64,000 nucleotides of DNA from a bacterium (GTDB taxonomy: Bacteria > ARS69): NCBI GenBank assembly GCA_965216835.1, contig OZ244210.1, positions 1,429,136 to 1,493,135 on the forward strand, read 5' to 3'. Positions 31,652 through 43,916 of the stretch are shown piece after piece (position 1 is the first letter of the stretch; the number at the start of each line of letters is the position of its first letter). The position numbers and the translations under genes were made by a program. The notes below the pieces were generated by a model. It made no database searches. It was not told the origin of the DNA and was given only the letters and a program-made list of their open reading frames with translations.

Positions 31652-32698
31652 ATGGACTCGACTCCGGCCCGCCACACCGATCCGGCCCTCACCTCCCGCG
31701 AGGCGGAGGAGGACCGGGGTCTGCGCCCGGGCAGCCTCGACCAGTTCGTGGGGCAGCCGCACCTGCGCGAGCCGCTGCGCATCTTCCTGGAGGCGGCGAA
31801 GGCCCGCTCCGAGCCGCTGGATCACGTGCTGCTGGTGGGACCGCCGGGACTCGGCAAGACCACGCTCGCCGGAATCCTCGCGCGAGAGATGGGCGCGGAG
31901 GCGCACGTCACCTCGGGCCCCGTCATCGAGCGGGCGGGCGATCTGGCCGGCGTGCTGACCAACCTGGAGGAACGGGACGTCCTCTTCATCGACGAGATCC
32001 ACCGGCTGAACCGCGCGGTGGAGGAGTACATCTATCCGGCGATGGAGGACTTCCGTCTGGACATCGTCCTGGACAAGGGGCCGGGCGCACGGTCGATCCG
32101 GCTGCACCTGTCGCAGTTCACGCTCATCGGCGCCACCACGCGGGCGGGCATGCTGACGAGCCCGCTGCGCTCCCGCTTCGGCTTCGTGGCGCGGCTGGAC
32201 TTCTATCCCACGGAGGACCTCTGCCGCATCCTGCAGCGATCGGCCGGGGTGCTCGGCGCCGAGATCACGGAGGACGGCGCGATGGAGATCGCCGGCCGTT
32301 CGCGCGGCACGCCGCGCATCGCCAACCGGCTGCTGCGCCGCGTCCGCGACTTCGCGGAGGTGCGCGCGAACGGCTGCATCGACCGGGCGACCGCGCACGC
32401 TGCGCTGGACCTCCTGGCGGTGGACGGTCGCGGCCTCGACGACATGGACCTGCGCATCCTCTCCACGATCCTCGACAAGTTCGGCGGCGGGCCGGTGGGC
32501 CTTTCCACGGTGGCGGCGGCTGTCGGCGAGGAGGCGGAGACCATCGAGGAGATCTACGAGCCCTACCTGGTGAAGGAGGGCTACCTGGAGCGGACGCCGC
32601 GCGGCCGGGTCGCCACCGACCGCGCCGCGGATCACCTCGGCGTACCCCGTCGATCGCGCACCGCGTCCCCGGCGGCCGGCGATCTCTTCGACGGCTGA
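31652..32698 (+). CDS. ruvB: Holliday junction ATP-dependent helicase RuvB
   Basis: Walker [10 protein letters not shown], Walker B LFIDEIH, sensor motifs and a winged-helix C-terminus. Confidence 0.95.
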   Translation: MDSTPARHTDPALTSREAEEDRGLRPGSLDQFVGQPHLREPLRIFLEAAKARSEPLDHVLLVGPPGLGKTTLAGILAREMGAEAHVTSGPVIERAGDLAGVLTNLEERDVLFIDEIHRLNRAVEEYIYPAMEDFRLDIVLDKGPGARSIRLHLSQFTLIGATTRAGMLTSPLRSRFGFVARLDFYPTEDLCRILQRSAGVLGAEITEDGAMEIAGRSRGTPRIANRLLRRVRDFAEVRANGCIDRATAHAALDLLAVDGRGLDDMDLRILSTILDKFGGGPVGLSTVAAAVGEEAETIEEIYEPYLVKEGYLERTPRGRVATDRAADHLGVPRRSRTASPAAGDLFDG

Positions 32699-34915
<2,217 letters not shown>

Positions 34916-34918
34916 TCG

Positions 34919-35257
34919 ATGCTGGAAGCGTTGATGCTCATCGGGGCGCCGCCGCAGGGCGGGGAGGCTCCCTCTCCGTTCGCCATGTTCCTGCCCATCG
35001 CGGCGATCCTGGTGATCTACTACTTCCTCCTGGTGCGCCCGCAGCAGAGACAGGCGCAGCAGCACCGGAAACTGATCTCGTCTCTGAAGAAGGGCGACGA
35101 GGTCATCACGGATTCGGGACTCATCGGCAGCATCATCAGCGTGCACGACGACTACGTCATCGTGAAGGCGGCCGAGAACGTGAAGCTGAAGTTCGTGAAG
35201 TCGAAGGTGGCCGCGCGCGCGGCCGACATGGCTTCCGAGGAACGGAAGAAGGGCTAG
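34919..35257 (+). CDS. yajC: Preprotein translocase subunit YajC
   Basis: Single TM helix followed by LLVRPQQRQ...LKKGDEVITDSGLIG, the YajC signature. Confidence 0.8.
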   Translation: MLEALMLIGAPPQGGEAPSPFAMFLPIAAILVIYYFLLVRPQQRQAQQHRKLISSLKKGDEVITDSGLIGSIISVHDDYVIVKAAENVKLKFVKSKVAARAADMASEERKKG

Positions 35258-35260
35258 GCG

Positions 35261-35773
35261 ATGGCGGTGCGGGAGATTCGCGTCTACGGCGATCCGGCGC
35301 TGAGGGAGAAGGCGTTGCCGATCGGGCCCGTGGACGACGACGTGCGCACGCTGGCGGCCGACATGCTGGACACGCTGGCGGAGGCCGAGGGCGTCGGGCT
35401 GGCGGGACCGCAGATCGGCGTGGCCCGGCGAATCGTCGTGGTGCATCCGCCGCCGGAGGACGACGGCACCCGGCCGGATCCCGTGGTCTACCTGGATCCG
35501 GTGGTCATCCAGAAGACCGGCCCTCAGGTGGCAGGCGAGGAGGGCTGCCTCTCCATCCCCGGCATCTACGAGACCGTGAAGCGTCCGAAGAAGGTGCGCG
35601 TGCGCGCGCGCTCGCTGGACGACGAGCCGCTGGAGTTCGAGGCGGAGGGAATGCTGGGCCGCATCTTCCAGCACGAGATCGATCATCTGGACGGGGTCCT
35701 CTTCGTCGATCGCATCGGCCCGATGCGGCGCGCGCTCCTGAAGAAGCAGCTCAAGGCGTTCCTCGAGGAATGA
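35261..35773 (+). CDS. def: Peptide deformylase
   Basis: Motifs GVGLAGPQIG, EGCLSIPG, and HEIDHLDG (metal-binding HExxH). Confidence 0.9.
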   Translation: MAVREIRVYGDPALREKALPIGPVDDDVRTLAADMLDTLAEAEGVGLAGPQIGVARRIVVVHPPPEDDGTRPDPVVYLDPVVIQKTGPQVAGEEGCLSIPGIYETVKRPKKVRVRARSLDDEPLEFEAEGMLGRIFQHEIDHLDGVLFVDRIGPMRRALLKKQLKAFLEE

Positions 35774-36699
35774 GGATCGTCTTCGCAGGCACTCCGGACA
35801 TCGCGGTCCCGTCGCTGGTCGCGCTGGCCGGGTCGTCGGTCGTGACGGAGATCCCGCTCGTCCTGTCGCAGCCGGATCGTCCGGCGGGCCGTGGCCGGAA
35901 GCTGCGTCCCAGCCCGGTGAAGGCGGCGGCGCTGGAGCGCGGCCTCGAGGTCCTCACGCCGGACAAGCCGAAGGACGTGCGGGCGACGCTGGAGGAGATC
36001 GCTCCGGACGCCATCGCCGTGGTGGCGTACGGACACATCTTCCGGAAGTGGCTGCTGGAGCTGCCGGCGCACGGCTGCCTCAACGTCCACTTCTCGCTCC
36101 TGCCGCGGCACCGCGGCGTGGCCCCGGTGCAGTGGTCGATCCTCGAGGGCGATGCCGAGGCCGGCGTGTCGGTCATGCGGATGGACCGCGGCGTGGACAC
36201 CGGGCCGGTGTTCCGCACGCGCGGGACGCCCATCGGGAAGACGGAGACGGCGGGTGAATTGCTGCATCGCCTCGCGGAGATCGGGGCGGCGGAGCTGGCG
36301 GCGACGGTCGGGGACCTGGCCGCCGGAACGGCGGTCGCGCAGCCGCAGCCGGAGGACGGCGCCACCTACGCTCGCCGGCTGGAGAAGGAGGACGGCCGCA
36401 TCGACTGGACGCGCGGCGCGGTGCGGATCGATCGGCAGGTGCGGGGGCTCTCGCCCTGGCCGGGCACGTACACGGAGTGGCGGGGAAGTCGTCTCAAGGT
36501 GCACGCCGTGGCGGCGTCGCCGGGCGGGAAGCTCGGGGCGGGGGTCCTGGAGTGGAAGGACGGAGAGGTGCGGTGCGGGACGGGAGACGGAACGTTGACG
36601 CTGGTGCGGGTGCAGCCCGAGGGCAAGGCCGCGATGGAGGGCGATGCGTGGGCACGCGGAGCAAGACCCGACCCGGGCGAGGCGTTCGGCCGGGCGTGA
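35770..36699 (+). CDS. fmt: Methionyl-tRNA formyltransferase
   Basis: MRIVFAGTPD N-terminus, formyltransferase motif HFSLLPRHRG, C-terminal domain. ATG overlaps the def stop. Confidence 0.9.
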   Translation: MRIVFAGTPDIAVPSLVALAGSSVVTEIPLVLSQPDRPAGRGRKLRPSPVKAAALERGLEVLTPDKPKDVRATLEEIAPDAIAVVAYGHIFRKWLLELPAHGCLNVHFSLLPRHRGVAPVQWSILEGDAEAGVSVMRMDRGVDTGPVFRTRGTPIGKTETAGELLHRLAEIGAAELAATVGDLAAGTAVAQPQPEDGATYARRLEKEDGRIDWTRGAVRIDRQVRGLSPWPGTYTEWRGSRLKVHAVAASPGGKLGAGVLEWKDGEVRCGTGDGTLTLVRVQPEGKAAMEGDAWARGARPDPGEAFGRA

Positions 36700-38048
36700 G
36701 GAAGCCGACCGCGCGGGGAACGGCGCTCGACGTCTTCCTCGCGTGGGATGCCTCCTCCGAGACCGCCGACGTCCTTCTGCACGGTCACGCCGGTTACGAG
36801 AAGCTGTCGCCGCGGGACCGGGATCTCGCCGCCGAGCTGGTGCGCGGCGTCTTCCGCTGGCGGGGTCGCCTGGACTGGCGCCTGTCGGGCTACGTCGATC
36901 GTCCGCTGGACGCGCTGGACCCGCCCGTGCGCTGGGCACTGCGTCTCGGCCTCTACCAGCTCGAACAGCTGGACCGCGTTCCCCCGCACGCCGCCGTGAA
37001 CACGTCGGTGGAGCTGGTGAAGGCGCGCGGCGCCCGCAGCGCGGCGTCGTTCGTGAACGCCGTCCTGCGCCGGGCGATCCGCGACACCGATCCGCCCGCG
37101 GAGCCCGACGCCTCGACCGATCCCGTGGAGCATCTGGTGGCCCGCACGAGCCATCCGGCTTGGCTGCTGCAGCGCTGGCTGGACCGGCACGGATTCCGAA
37201 AGACGCTGGCGCTGGCCGCCGCGGGCAACCGGAGGCCGTCCTTGACGCTCCGGGTCGGCTCCGACAGAGTCGACGCCGTCGACCTCATCGAGGATCTGCG
37301 GCGGCGCGGGGTGGAGGCGGCGCCGGGTGAGCTCCTGCCCGACACGGTGAAGCTTCCGGGCGGCTGGCACCCCGCGGTCCGTGAGATCCTGGAGAACGGC
37401 TGGGCGATCGTGCAGGACGAGGCGGCCGGGCTGGTGGCGCACGTGGCGCGGCCGGCGGGCGGGCTGCGCGTGCTCGACGTGTGCGCGGCACCCGGCGGCA
37501 AGACGATGCACTTCGCGGAGCTCTGCGGCGACGCGTGCATCGTGGCGGCGGATCGCAGCGCGCGGCGGCTCGAGTCGCTTCGCCTCACGCTGGCCCGCAC
37601 CGGCGCGCGCGGGATCCATCCCGTCGTTGCGGACGGCACGCGGCCCGCCACGCGCGGAGGTTTCGGACGCGTCCTGGTGGACGCTCCGTGCACGAACACC
37701 GGCGTGCTCGCCCGCCGCCCCGATGCGCGGTGGCGTCGCGCGCCGGAGGATGTCGCGCGGCTGGCGACGCTGCAGGGTGGGCTGCTGGACGCGGCCCGAG
37801 CCCAGGTGGGTCCCGGCGGATTGCTGGTGTACTCCACCTGTTCGCTGGAGCCGGAGGAGAACGAGGACGTGGTGAACGCCTACCTGAAGCGACATCCCGG
37901 CGATGCGCTCGTTCCCGCGGACGAGGTGCTGCCTGCCGAACTCGTACGCGACGGCTGCCTGGCGGCCTCGCCGGCGGAACACGGTCTGGACGGCGCGTTC
38001 GCCGCGGCCATCCGGCCGCGCGGCTCGTCCCTCCGGGTGGTCTCATGA
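36696..38048 (+). CDS. rsmB: 16S rRNA (cytosine-C5) methyltransferase RsmB (Sun family)
   Basis: NusB-like N-terminal domain, SAM motif VLDVCAAPGGKT, catalytic region DAPCTNTGV and TCS. GTG overlaps the fmt stop; conserved def-fmt-rsmB synteny. Confidence 0.8.
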   Translation: MRKPTARGTALDVFLAWDASSETADVLLHGHAGYEKLSPRDRDLAAELVRGVFRWRGRLDWRLSGYVDRPLDALDPPVRWALRLGLYQLEQLDRVPPHAAVNTSVELVKARGARSAASFVNAVLRRAIRDTDPPAEPDASTDPVEHLVARTSHPAWLLQRWLDRHGFRKTLALAAAGNRRPSLTLRVGSDRVDAVDLIEDLRRRGVEAAPGELLPDTVKLPGGWHPAVREILENGWAIVQDEAAGLVAHVARPAGGLRVLDVCAAPGGKTMHFAELCGDACIVAADRSARRLESLRLTLARTGARGIHPVVADGTRPATRGGFGRVLVDAPCTNTGVLARRPDARWRRAPEDVARLATLQGGLLDAARAQVGPGGLLVYSTCSLEPEENEDVVNAYLKRHPGDALVPADEVLPAELVRDGCLAASPAEHGLDGAFAAAIRPRGSSLRVVS

Positions 38049-38764
38049 AGACCGTCGTCGGGATCGTCCTGTCGGCCGTTCTGGCCTTCGTGACCGGGCT
38101 GCTGCTCTTCCAGTTCGGGATGCTGGCGTTCGTGCGATCGGGAGCGGAGACGCGGATCCCGGACCTCGTCGGAATGGAACTGGCCGGGGCCCGCACCACG
38201 CTGGAGGACGTCGGGTTCACCGGCGTCGTCGAGCGCGAGGAGACCTCGGTGGAGTTCGGCGAGGGCGTCGTGCTGGAGCAGCGCCCGGCCGCGGGCAAGG
38301 TCCTCCGCAAGGGCAGGAAGGTCTGGCTCACGGTTTCGCTGGGTCCGCGCAAGACCGCGGTACCCAGCGTGGTGGGCATGTCCTACCGGCAGGCGGGCAT
38401 CGTGCTGGCGGCGGACGACCTCTCCACCGGATCGGTCTCCCGCGTCCATCATCCCGGAGTCGACCGCGGCGACGTCATCGCCCAGAGCCCACCGGTGGGC
38501 GCGCCCCTGGCCGAGGGCGGCCGGATCGACCTCCTGGTCAGCCTGGGCCCACCGCCGGAAGCCTATGTCATGCCGGATCTTGCGGGCCGCGCGCTCCGCG
38601 ACGCCCGCCCGCTCCTGGCCCGCCACGGGCTGGAAGTGGGGGAGAGGACGGTCGTGATCGACCGGTCCGTCCTCCCGGGCACCATCCTGGAACACGCTCC
38701 GCCCGCCGGCAGCCGGGTGGAGGCCGGCGACGAGGTGGATCTGGTGGTGTCGGCCGGAAGCTGA
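38045..38764 (+). CDS. Membrane-anchored PASTA-repeat protein (three PASTA domains, no kinase or transpeptidase domain)
   Basis: N-terminal TM helix followed by three roughly 65 aa repeats with PASTA-like pattern (IPDLVGMELAGARTTLEDVGF..., VPSVVGMSYRQAGIVL..., VMPDLAGRALRDARPLL...). ATG overlaps the rsmB stop. Confidence 0.7.
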   Translation: MKTVVGIVLSAVLAFVTGLLLFQFGMLAFVRSGAETRIPDLVGMELAGARTTLEDVGFTGVVEREETSVEFGEGVVLEQRPAAGKVLRKGRKVWLTVSLGPRKTAVPSVVGMSYRQAGIVLAADDLSTGSVSRVHHPGVDRGDVIAQSPPVGAPLAEGGRIDLLVSLGPPPEAYVMPDLAGRALRDARPLLARHGLEVGERTVVIDRSVLPGTILEHAPPAGSRVEAGDEVDLVVSAGS

Positions 38765-38823
38765 GAAGCCCCTGAAGCCGCCCCTCCCATCGGCCGATAC
38801 CCGTTCGGAGAGGAGGCCGCATC

Positions 38824-39462
38824 ATGTCGCCAGCCGGATTCCGCGTCGTCGCCCGCTTCCGGGACGGAACCGTCCAGCGGGGTTTCACCGCCGACTTCCG
38901 CCCCGGACGGGGCCACTTCACCCTGGCCCCGGAGACGGGGGGATCCATCCAGGTCGAGGTGGCGGCCGCCAAGGCCATCTTCTTCGTGAAGTCGTTCGAG
39001 GGGGATCCCAACCACGTGCAGCAGAACGCGTTCGACGGTGAGCCCAAGGTGGGCCGCTGCGTGTGGGTGGAGTTCCTGGACGGCGAACGGATCGCCGGGC
39101 GCGCGCCGTCCTTGCGCGAGCAGAACGGCGGCTTCTTCCTCTTTCCCAACGACACCGCGTGCAACTTCGGCCGGGCGTGGGTCGTGATGGACAGCACGAA
39201 GGAAGTGCTCTTCGACGACGAGGCCGAGGTGGCCGCCGCGTCGTACATGCCGGCTCCGCTCCCGCACGGATCGATCGGGCCGGAGAGTTGGGTCGAGTCG
39301 CCGGAGGAGGGATCCGACGCCGCGCCGATGGCCGAGGCGGTCGATGCATCGACGGATGCGAAGCCGGCCTCCGACGTGCCCGGCGAGCCGGAGAAGTCGA
39401 GGCCCCGCGCCGACGCCCGGCCCCGCCCGCACAGCCGCGCGGATTTCCTCGGCGACTGGTAG
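38824..39462 (+). CDS. Hypothetical protein with an internal tandem duplication and an acidic low-complexity tail
   Basis: 212 aa, GGAGAGGAGG upstream. Two roughly 55 aa segments share V-x-F-x-DG-x-x-x-G...F-x-L-x-P spacing (VVARFRDGTVQRGF... and VWVEFLDGERIAGR...). No family assigned by eye. Confidence 0.5.
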   Translation: MSPAGFRVVARFRDGTVQRGFTADFRPGRGHFTLAPETGGSIQVEVAAAKAIFFVKSFEGDPNHVQQNAFDGEPKVGRCVWVEFLDGERIAGRAPSLREQNGGFFLFPNDTACNFGRAWVVMDSTKEVLFDDEAEVAAASYMPAPLPHGSIGPESWVESPEEGSDAAPMAEAVDASTDAKPASDVPGEPEKSRPRADARPRPHSRADFLGDW

Positions 39463-39504
39463 ATCCCGACCTCCCGTGGTAGCGTGCTCGCGGGAGGGAG
39501 ATTC

Positions 39505-40176
39505 TTGTCCACGGTCCTCGTCGCTCCGTCGATTCTCTCCGCCGACTTCGGTGCGCTGGAGAAGTCCGTCCGTCTCGTCGAGGACGCCGGCGCCGACCTC
39601 CTGCATCTGGACGTGATGGACGGGATGTTCGTCCCGAACATCAGCTTCGGGCCGATGGTCGTCGAGGCGGTGCGTCGCCTCACCGCGCTCCGGCTCGACG
39701 TGCATCTCATGATCGAGGAGCCGGCGCGCTACGTGGATGCCTTCGCCGACGCGGGGGCGGACGGCGTCACCGTCCATGTGGAGGCCTGCCGGGACGTCGC
39801 CGCCACGCTGGACGCCGTCCGTGACAGGGGGATCGCGCCGGGCATCTCGCTCCGTCCCGGCACGCCGTTCTCGGACGTGGAGCCCCACCTCGGGGCGGTG
39901 GATCTCGTCCTGATCATGACCGTGGAGCCCGGATTCGGCGGGCAGAAGTACATGGCCGACCAGGAGGCGAAGCTGCGGCGCGCCCGGGAACTGCGCGCGG
40001 CCGGCGGCTTTGATTACCGGATCGAGGTGGACGGTGGCATCGGGGCCGCCACGGCCCGCCCGGCGGTGGAGGCCGGCGCCGAGATCCTGGTGGCCGGATC
40101 GGCCCTGTTCGGCGCCCCCGACGTGAAGGGCTTCATCGCCGACCTGCACGCGCTGGGCGCCCCGGCCGCCCGCTAG
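39505..40176 (+). CDS. rpe: Ribulose-phosphate 3-epimerase
   Basis: APSILSADF, HLDVMDG and VEPGFGGQ motifs. TTG at 39505 follows GGGAGGGAG and gives the usual N-terminal length; in-frame GTG at 39484 is the alternative. Confidence 0.9.
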   Translation: MSTVLVAPSILSADFGALEKSVRLVEDAGADLLHLDVMDGMFVPNISFGPMVVEAVRRLTALRLDVHLMIEEPARYVDAFADAGADGVTVHVEACRDVAATLDAVRDRGIAPGISLRPGTPFSDVEPHLGAVDLVLIMTVEPGFGGQKYMADQEAKLRRARELRAAGGFDYRIEVDGGIGAATARPAVEAGAEILVAGSALFGAPDVKGFIADLHALGAPAAR

Positions 40177-40219
40177 CCGGAATCGCCCCAGAACCCCTCC
40201 AGACCCCCGAAAACCGCCC

Positions 40220-40248
40220 TTGAACCCCCGGGACGGGTCCGGTAATGT
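40220..40248 (+). promoter_or_regulatory. Candidate sigma70-type promoter upstream of ffh (TTGAAC-N17-TAATGT)
   Basis: Hexamers with 17 nt spacing about 45 nt upstream of the ffh ATG; read by eye. Confidence 0.4.
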
Positions 40249-40290
40249 AGCCGGTCCGATTGTGGGGATTTGCGCCCCGGGGGGATCCGT

Positions 40291-41640
40291 ATGTTCCAGG
40301 ACCTCACGACTCGTCTGGAGGGGGTCTTCAAGACGCTCCGCGGACGGGGCGTGCTGACCGAGGACAACGTCCGCGAGTCCCTCCGCGAGATCCGACGCGC
40401 GCTGCTGGAAGCCGACGTCCACTACAAGGTGGCCAAGGACTTCGTGAAGCGCGTGGAGGCGCGCGCCGTCGGACAGGACGTGTTGAAGGGGGTGAACCCC
40501 GGTCAGCAGGTCGTCAAGATCGTGCACGACGAGCTCGTGGAACTGCTCGGCGGCACCGTCGCCCGACCCAACATCACGGGGTCGCCGCCGGTGCCGGTCA
40601 TGCTGGTGGGTCTGCAGGGATCGGGAAAGACCACCACCAGCGCCAAGCTCGCGGGCTGGCTGAAGAAGCAGGGGCGTCGGCCGTTTCTCGTGCCGGCCGA
40701 TCCCTACCGGCCGGCGGCGCGGGACCAGCTGATCAAGCTGGCCGAGGCCAACGGGCACCTCGTGTACCGCGGATCCGAGGAGGATCCCGTGGAGATCTGC
40801 CGCGCGGGAATGAAGGCGGCGGTGAAGGAAGCGGCCGACGTGGTCCTGCTGGACACGGCCGGCCGACTGCACGTCGACGACGAGCTGATGGACGAGCTGC
40901 GTCGCGTGCGCAAGGAAGTGAAGCCGTCCGAGGTGCTGCTCGTCGTCGACGGAATGATCGGGCAGGACTCGGTGAACGTCGCGGAGCAGTTCCGCGACAA
41001 GCTGGGCTTCGACGGCGTGGTCCTCACCAAGATGGACGGAGACGCCCGCGGCGGCGCCGCGCTCTCCATCCGCCAGGTGACGGGCATGCCCATCAAGTTC
41101 CTGGGCGTCGGGGAATCGGCCGACGCGCTGGAACCGTTCCATCCGGACCGGATGGCGTCGCGCATCCTCAGCATGGGCGACGTCCTCACACTGGTGGAGC
41201 GCGCCCAGGAGACGGTGGAGCAGGAGGAGGCGGAGGAACTCGAGCGGAAGCTGAAGAAGAACGAGTTCGACCTCGACGACTTCCGCTCGCACCTGCGTCG
41301 ACTGAAGAAGATGGGACCGTTGAACCAGGTCCTCGGAATGCTGCCGGGAGTGCCCAAGGAGGCGCTCGCGGCGGTGGAGCAGGACGGCGGCAAGTCGATC
41401 CAGCGCGTGGAGGCCATCATCAACTCCATGACGCCGGCGGAGCGCAGCAAGCCGGCGATGCTCAACGGCAGTCGCCGGAAGCGGATCGCCCGCGGAAGCG
41501 GAACGTCCGTGCAGGAGGTGAACCAGCTCATGAAGCAGTTCACCGACATGCGGAAGATGATGCAGCAGATGAGTCGCATGACGAAGGGCAAGGGCAAGGG
41601 CGGGAAGCGCGGCAGGTTCGCGCGGCTCCCCGGCCGCTAG
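40291..41640 (+). CDS. ffh: Signal recognition particle protein Ffh
   Basis: MFQDLTTRLEGVFKTLRG N-domain, G-domain GLQGSGKTTT / DTAGR / TKMDGD, and methionine-rich M-domain with basic tail. Confidence 0.95.
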   Translation: MFQDLTTRLEGVFKTLRGRGVLTEDNVRESLREIRRALLEADVHYKVAKDFVKRVEARAVGQDVLKGVNPGQQVVKIVHDELVELLGGTVARPNITGSPPVPVMLVGLQGSGKTTTSAKLAGWLKKQGRRPFLVPADPYRPAARDQLIKLAEANGHLVYRGSEEDPVEICRAGMKAAVKEAADVVLLDTAGRLHVDDELMDELRRVRKEVKPSEVLLVVDGMIGQDSVNVAEQFRDKLGFDGVVLTKMDGDARGGAALSIRQVTGMPIKFLGVGESADALEPFHPDRMASRILSMGDVLTLVERAQETVEQEEAEELERKLKKNEFDLDDFRSHLRRLKKMGPLNQVLGMLPGVPKEALAAVEQDGGKSIQRVEAIINSMTPAERSKPAMLNGSRRKRIARGSGTSVQEVNQLMKQFTDMRKMMQQMSRMTKGKGKGGKRGRFARLPGR

Positions 41641-41728
41641 GAATCGCCCGGCGCCGGGTCGCCGGAGTGAGGCACCGCGGGAGGCCGCGGGATCAGGATC
41701 GTCCCTCGGGGCGGAAACGGAGGAAGGT

Positions 41729-42190
41729 TTGGTCAAGCTGAGACTGGCGCGGATGGGCAACCGGAAGCGTCCGTTCTACCGGGTCGTGGTGGCGGAGGAT
41801 ACCGCCCGCCGCGACGGTCGGTTCATCGAGATCGTCGGCACGTACGATCCTCTGAAGAAGCCGGCCGCCATCGAAGTGAAGTCGGAAGCGGTCGTGAAGT
41901 GGCTCTCGCAGGGCGCGCAGCCCACGGACACGGTGAAGCGGATTCTCGCCAAGTCCGGCGTGTGGTCGCACTGGCAGGCGGTGAAGCGCGGCGAGGCCGA
42001 GCCGGCCGCTCTGACCGGTCGCGTGGAGGGCACGCTGGAGCGCAACCGCGAGGAGAAGCCGTCCAAGAAGGCCGTCGCGCGCATCGCGGAGGAGGAGGCC
42101 AAGCAGGCCGAGGCCGCCGCCGAGGCGACGGAAGAGAAGGCCGAGGAGTCGGCGGAGGCCGAGGGCGAAGAGGCCGAGGCGTCGTCGTAG
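41729..42190 (+). CDS. rpsP: 30S ribosomal protein S16 with an acidic/Ala-rich C-terminal extension
   Basis: MVKLRLARMGNRKRPFYRVVVAEDTARRDGRFIE matches S16. TTG start after AGGAAGG; GTG one codon later is the alternative. Confidence 0.9.
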   Translation: MVKLRLARMGNRKRPFYRVVVAEDTARRDGRFIEIVGTYDPLKKPAAIEVKSEAVVKWLSQGAQPTDTVKRILAKSGVWSHWQAVKRGEAEPAALTGRVEGTLERNREEKPSKKAVARIAEEEAKQAEAAAEATEEKAEESAEAEGEEAEASS

Positions 42191-42194
42191 CGGC

Positions 42195-42743
42195 ATGAGC
42201 ACGCCGGCGGACGACGCGGATCGTCTCGTCGTTGCCGAGATCGGTCCGGCGCACGGAATCCGCGGGGAGGTAACGGCCCGCCTGTCCGGGCTCACGCCTC
42301 AGGAGCTGGTGGATCTCGGGAATCTGCGGCTCCGCCACGCGGACGGACGTCTGGAGTCCGTGCGGGTGCGGCGCGTGCGCCCCAAGAAGGCCACTTGGAT
42401 CCTGGAGCTGGACCGGAGCGGAAGCCGCAACGAGGCGGAGGCGCTACGCGGCGCGGAGATCCTCGCGCGCCGTTCGGACCTGCCGGAGCCGGATGACGGC
42501 GAGTGGTACGTCGCCGACCTGGTCGGGCTCTCGGTGGTCACCGGGAGCGGCGAGGACCTGGGGACCCTGGAAGAGGTTCTCCAGCTCCCCGCCAACGACG
42601 TGATCGTGGTCCGGGGACCGCGCGGAGAGATCCTGGTCCCGGTGCTGGACCACGTGATCCTCTCGGTGGATCCGGAGGAGGGCCGGATGGTGGTGGAACT
42701 GCCCGCCGGTCTGCTGGACGAGGAAGAGGGACGGGAAGGATGA
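42195..42743 (+). CDS. rimM: Ribosome maturation factor RimM
   Basis: [12 protein letters not shown]-terminal beta-barrel motif and a PRC-barrel C-terminus; conserved rpsP-rimM-trmD-rplS order. Confidence 0.85.
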   Translation: MSTPADDADRLVVAEIGPAHGIRGEVTARLSGLTPQELVDLGNLRLRHADGRLESVRVRRVRPKKATWILELDRSGSRNEAEALRGAEILARRSDLPEPDDGEWYVADLVGLSVVTGSGEDLGTLEEVLQLPANDVIVVRGPRGEILVPVLDHVILSVDPEEGRMVVELPAGLLDEEEGREG

Positions 42744-43489
42744 AGATCACGGTCTTCACCATCTTCCCGGAGCTGATCGAGGCGGCGTGCCGCCCGTCCA
42801 TCCTCGGCCTCGCCATCGAGAAGGGACTCCTCTCGGTGGAGACGGTGGATCCGCGCGAGTGGACCACGGATCGCCACCGCAAGGTGGACGACATCCCGTT
42901 CGGCGGCGGTGCGGGCATGGTGATGATGCCCGCACCGCTCTCGGACGCGCTCGATGCGTCGCTGGAGCGGGCGGAGGGAACGCGGCCGCGGGTCGTCTTC
43001 CTCTCCCCGGCGGGAAGACCGTTCCACCAGGATGTGGCGCGGGAGTTCGCGGAGGAGGAGAACCTGTTCCTCGTCTGCGGGCGGTACAAGGGGATCGATG
43101 ACCGCGTGGTGCGTCGCTACGCGGACGACGAGATCTCCATCGGGGACTACGTGCTGTCCGGCGGGGAGCTGCCGGCGCTCGTCATCATCGACGCGGTGAT
43201 GAGGCTCCTCCCCGGCGCTCTGGGTGACTTCGCCAGCGCCGAGGAGGATTCCATCCACACCGGACTCCTGGAAGTGCCGATCTACACTCGGCCGCGGGAG
43301 TTCCGGGGTGACGAGGTGCCGGAGGTGCTGATCTCCGGACACCACGAGAACATCCGCCGTTGGAGACGTCGCCAGGCGCTCTGGCGAACGCTCACGCGGC
43401 GGCCGGACCTGCTCGAGCGCGCGGAGCTGACCGACGAGGATCGCAGGATCCTGCGGGAACTCCGCCGGGAGCAGGAAGAGAACGGTTGA
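42740..43489 (+). CDS. trmD: tRNA (guanine37-N1)-methyltransferase
   Basis: [25 protein letters not shown], and [10 protein letters not shown]...[13 protein letters not shown]-fold motifs. ATG overlaps the rimM stop. Confidence 0.9.
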   Translation: MKITVFTIFPELIEAACRPSILGLAIEKGLLSVETVDPREWTTDRHRKVDDIPFGGGAGMVMMPAPLSDALDASLERAEGTRPRVVFLSPAGRPFHQDVAREFAEEENLFLVCGRYKGIDDRVVRRYADDEISIGDYVLSGGELPALVIIDAVMRLLPGALGDFASAEEDSIHTGLLEVPIYTRPREFRGDEVPEVLISGHHENIRRWRRRQALWRTLTRRPDLLERAELTDEDRRILRELRREQEENG

Positions 43490-43558
43490 AGCCGGCACGA
43501 ACAGGGGGCCCGTCCCCCGGAACACCGGGACCCTCCCGGAATGCGAGGAGAGAAGGAA

Positions 43559-43909
43559 ATGGCCGATCTGATTCGCCTGGCCGAGGCCACGAGCCTCCGC
43601 GAGGACCTGCCTCAGTTCCAGCCGGGCGACACGGTCGACGTGCACGTCCGCGTCCGCGAGGGCGGCAAGGAGCGCATCCAGGTCTTCAAGGGTGACGTCA
43701 TCCAGCGTCGCGGCTCGGGCAGCAAGGCCACCGTGACGGTGCGCAAGATCTCGAACGGCATCGGCGTGGAGCGGATCTTCCCGCTGCACTCGCCGTCCAT
43801 CGCCAAGTTCGAGGTGGTGCGGGCCGGTCGCGTGCGCCGCGCCAAGCTGTTCTACCTCCGCGGACTCACCGGGCGCGCGGCGCGCATCCGCGAGCGTCGC
43901 CTGAAGTAG
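43559..43909 (+). CDS. rplS: 50S ribosomal protein L19
   Basis: Start at the internal ATG (MADLIRLAE) preceded by GAGGAGAGAAGG; [29 protein letters not shown] is the L19 core. Confidence 0.9.
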   Translation: MADLIRLAEATSLREDLPQFQPGDTVDVHVRVREGGKERIQVFKGDVIQRRGSGSKATVTVRKISNGIGVERIFPLHSPSIAKFEVVRAGRVRRAKLFYLRGLTGRAARIRERRLK

Positions 43910-43916
43910 GCCGGCG

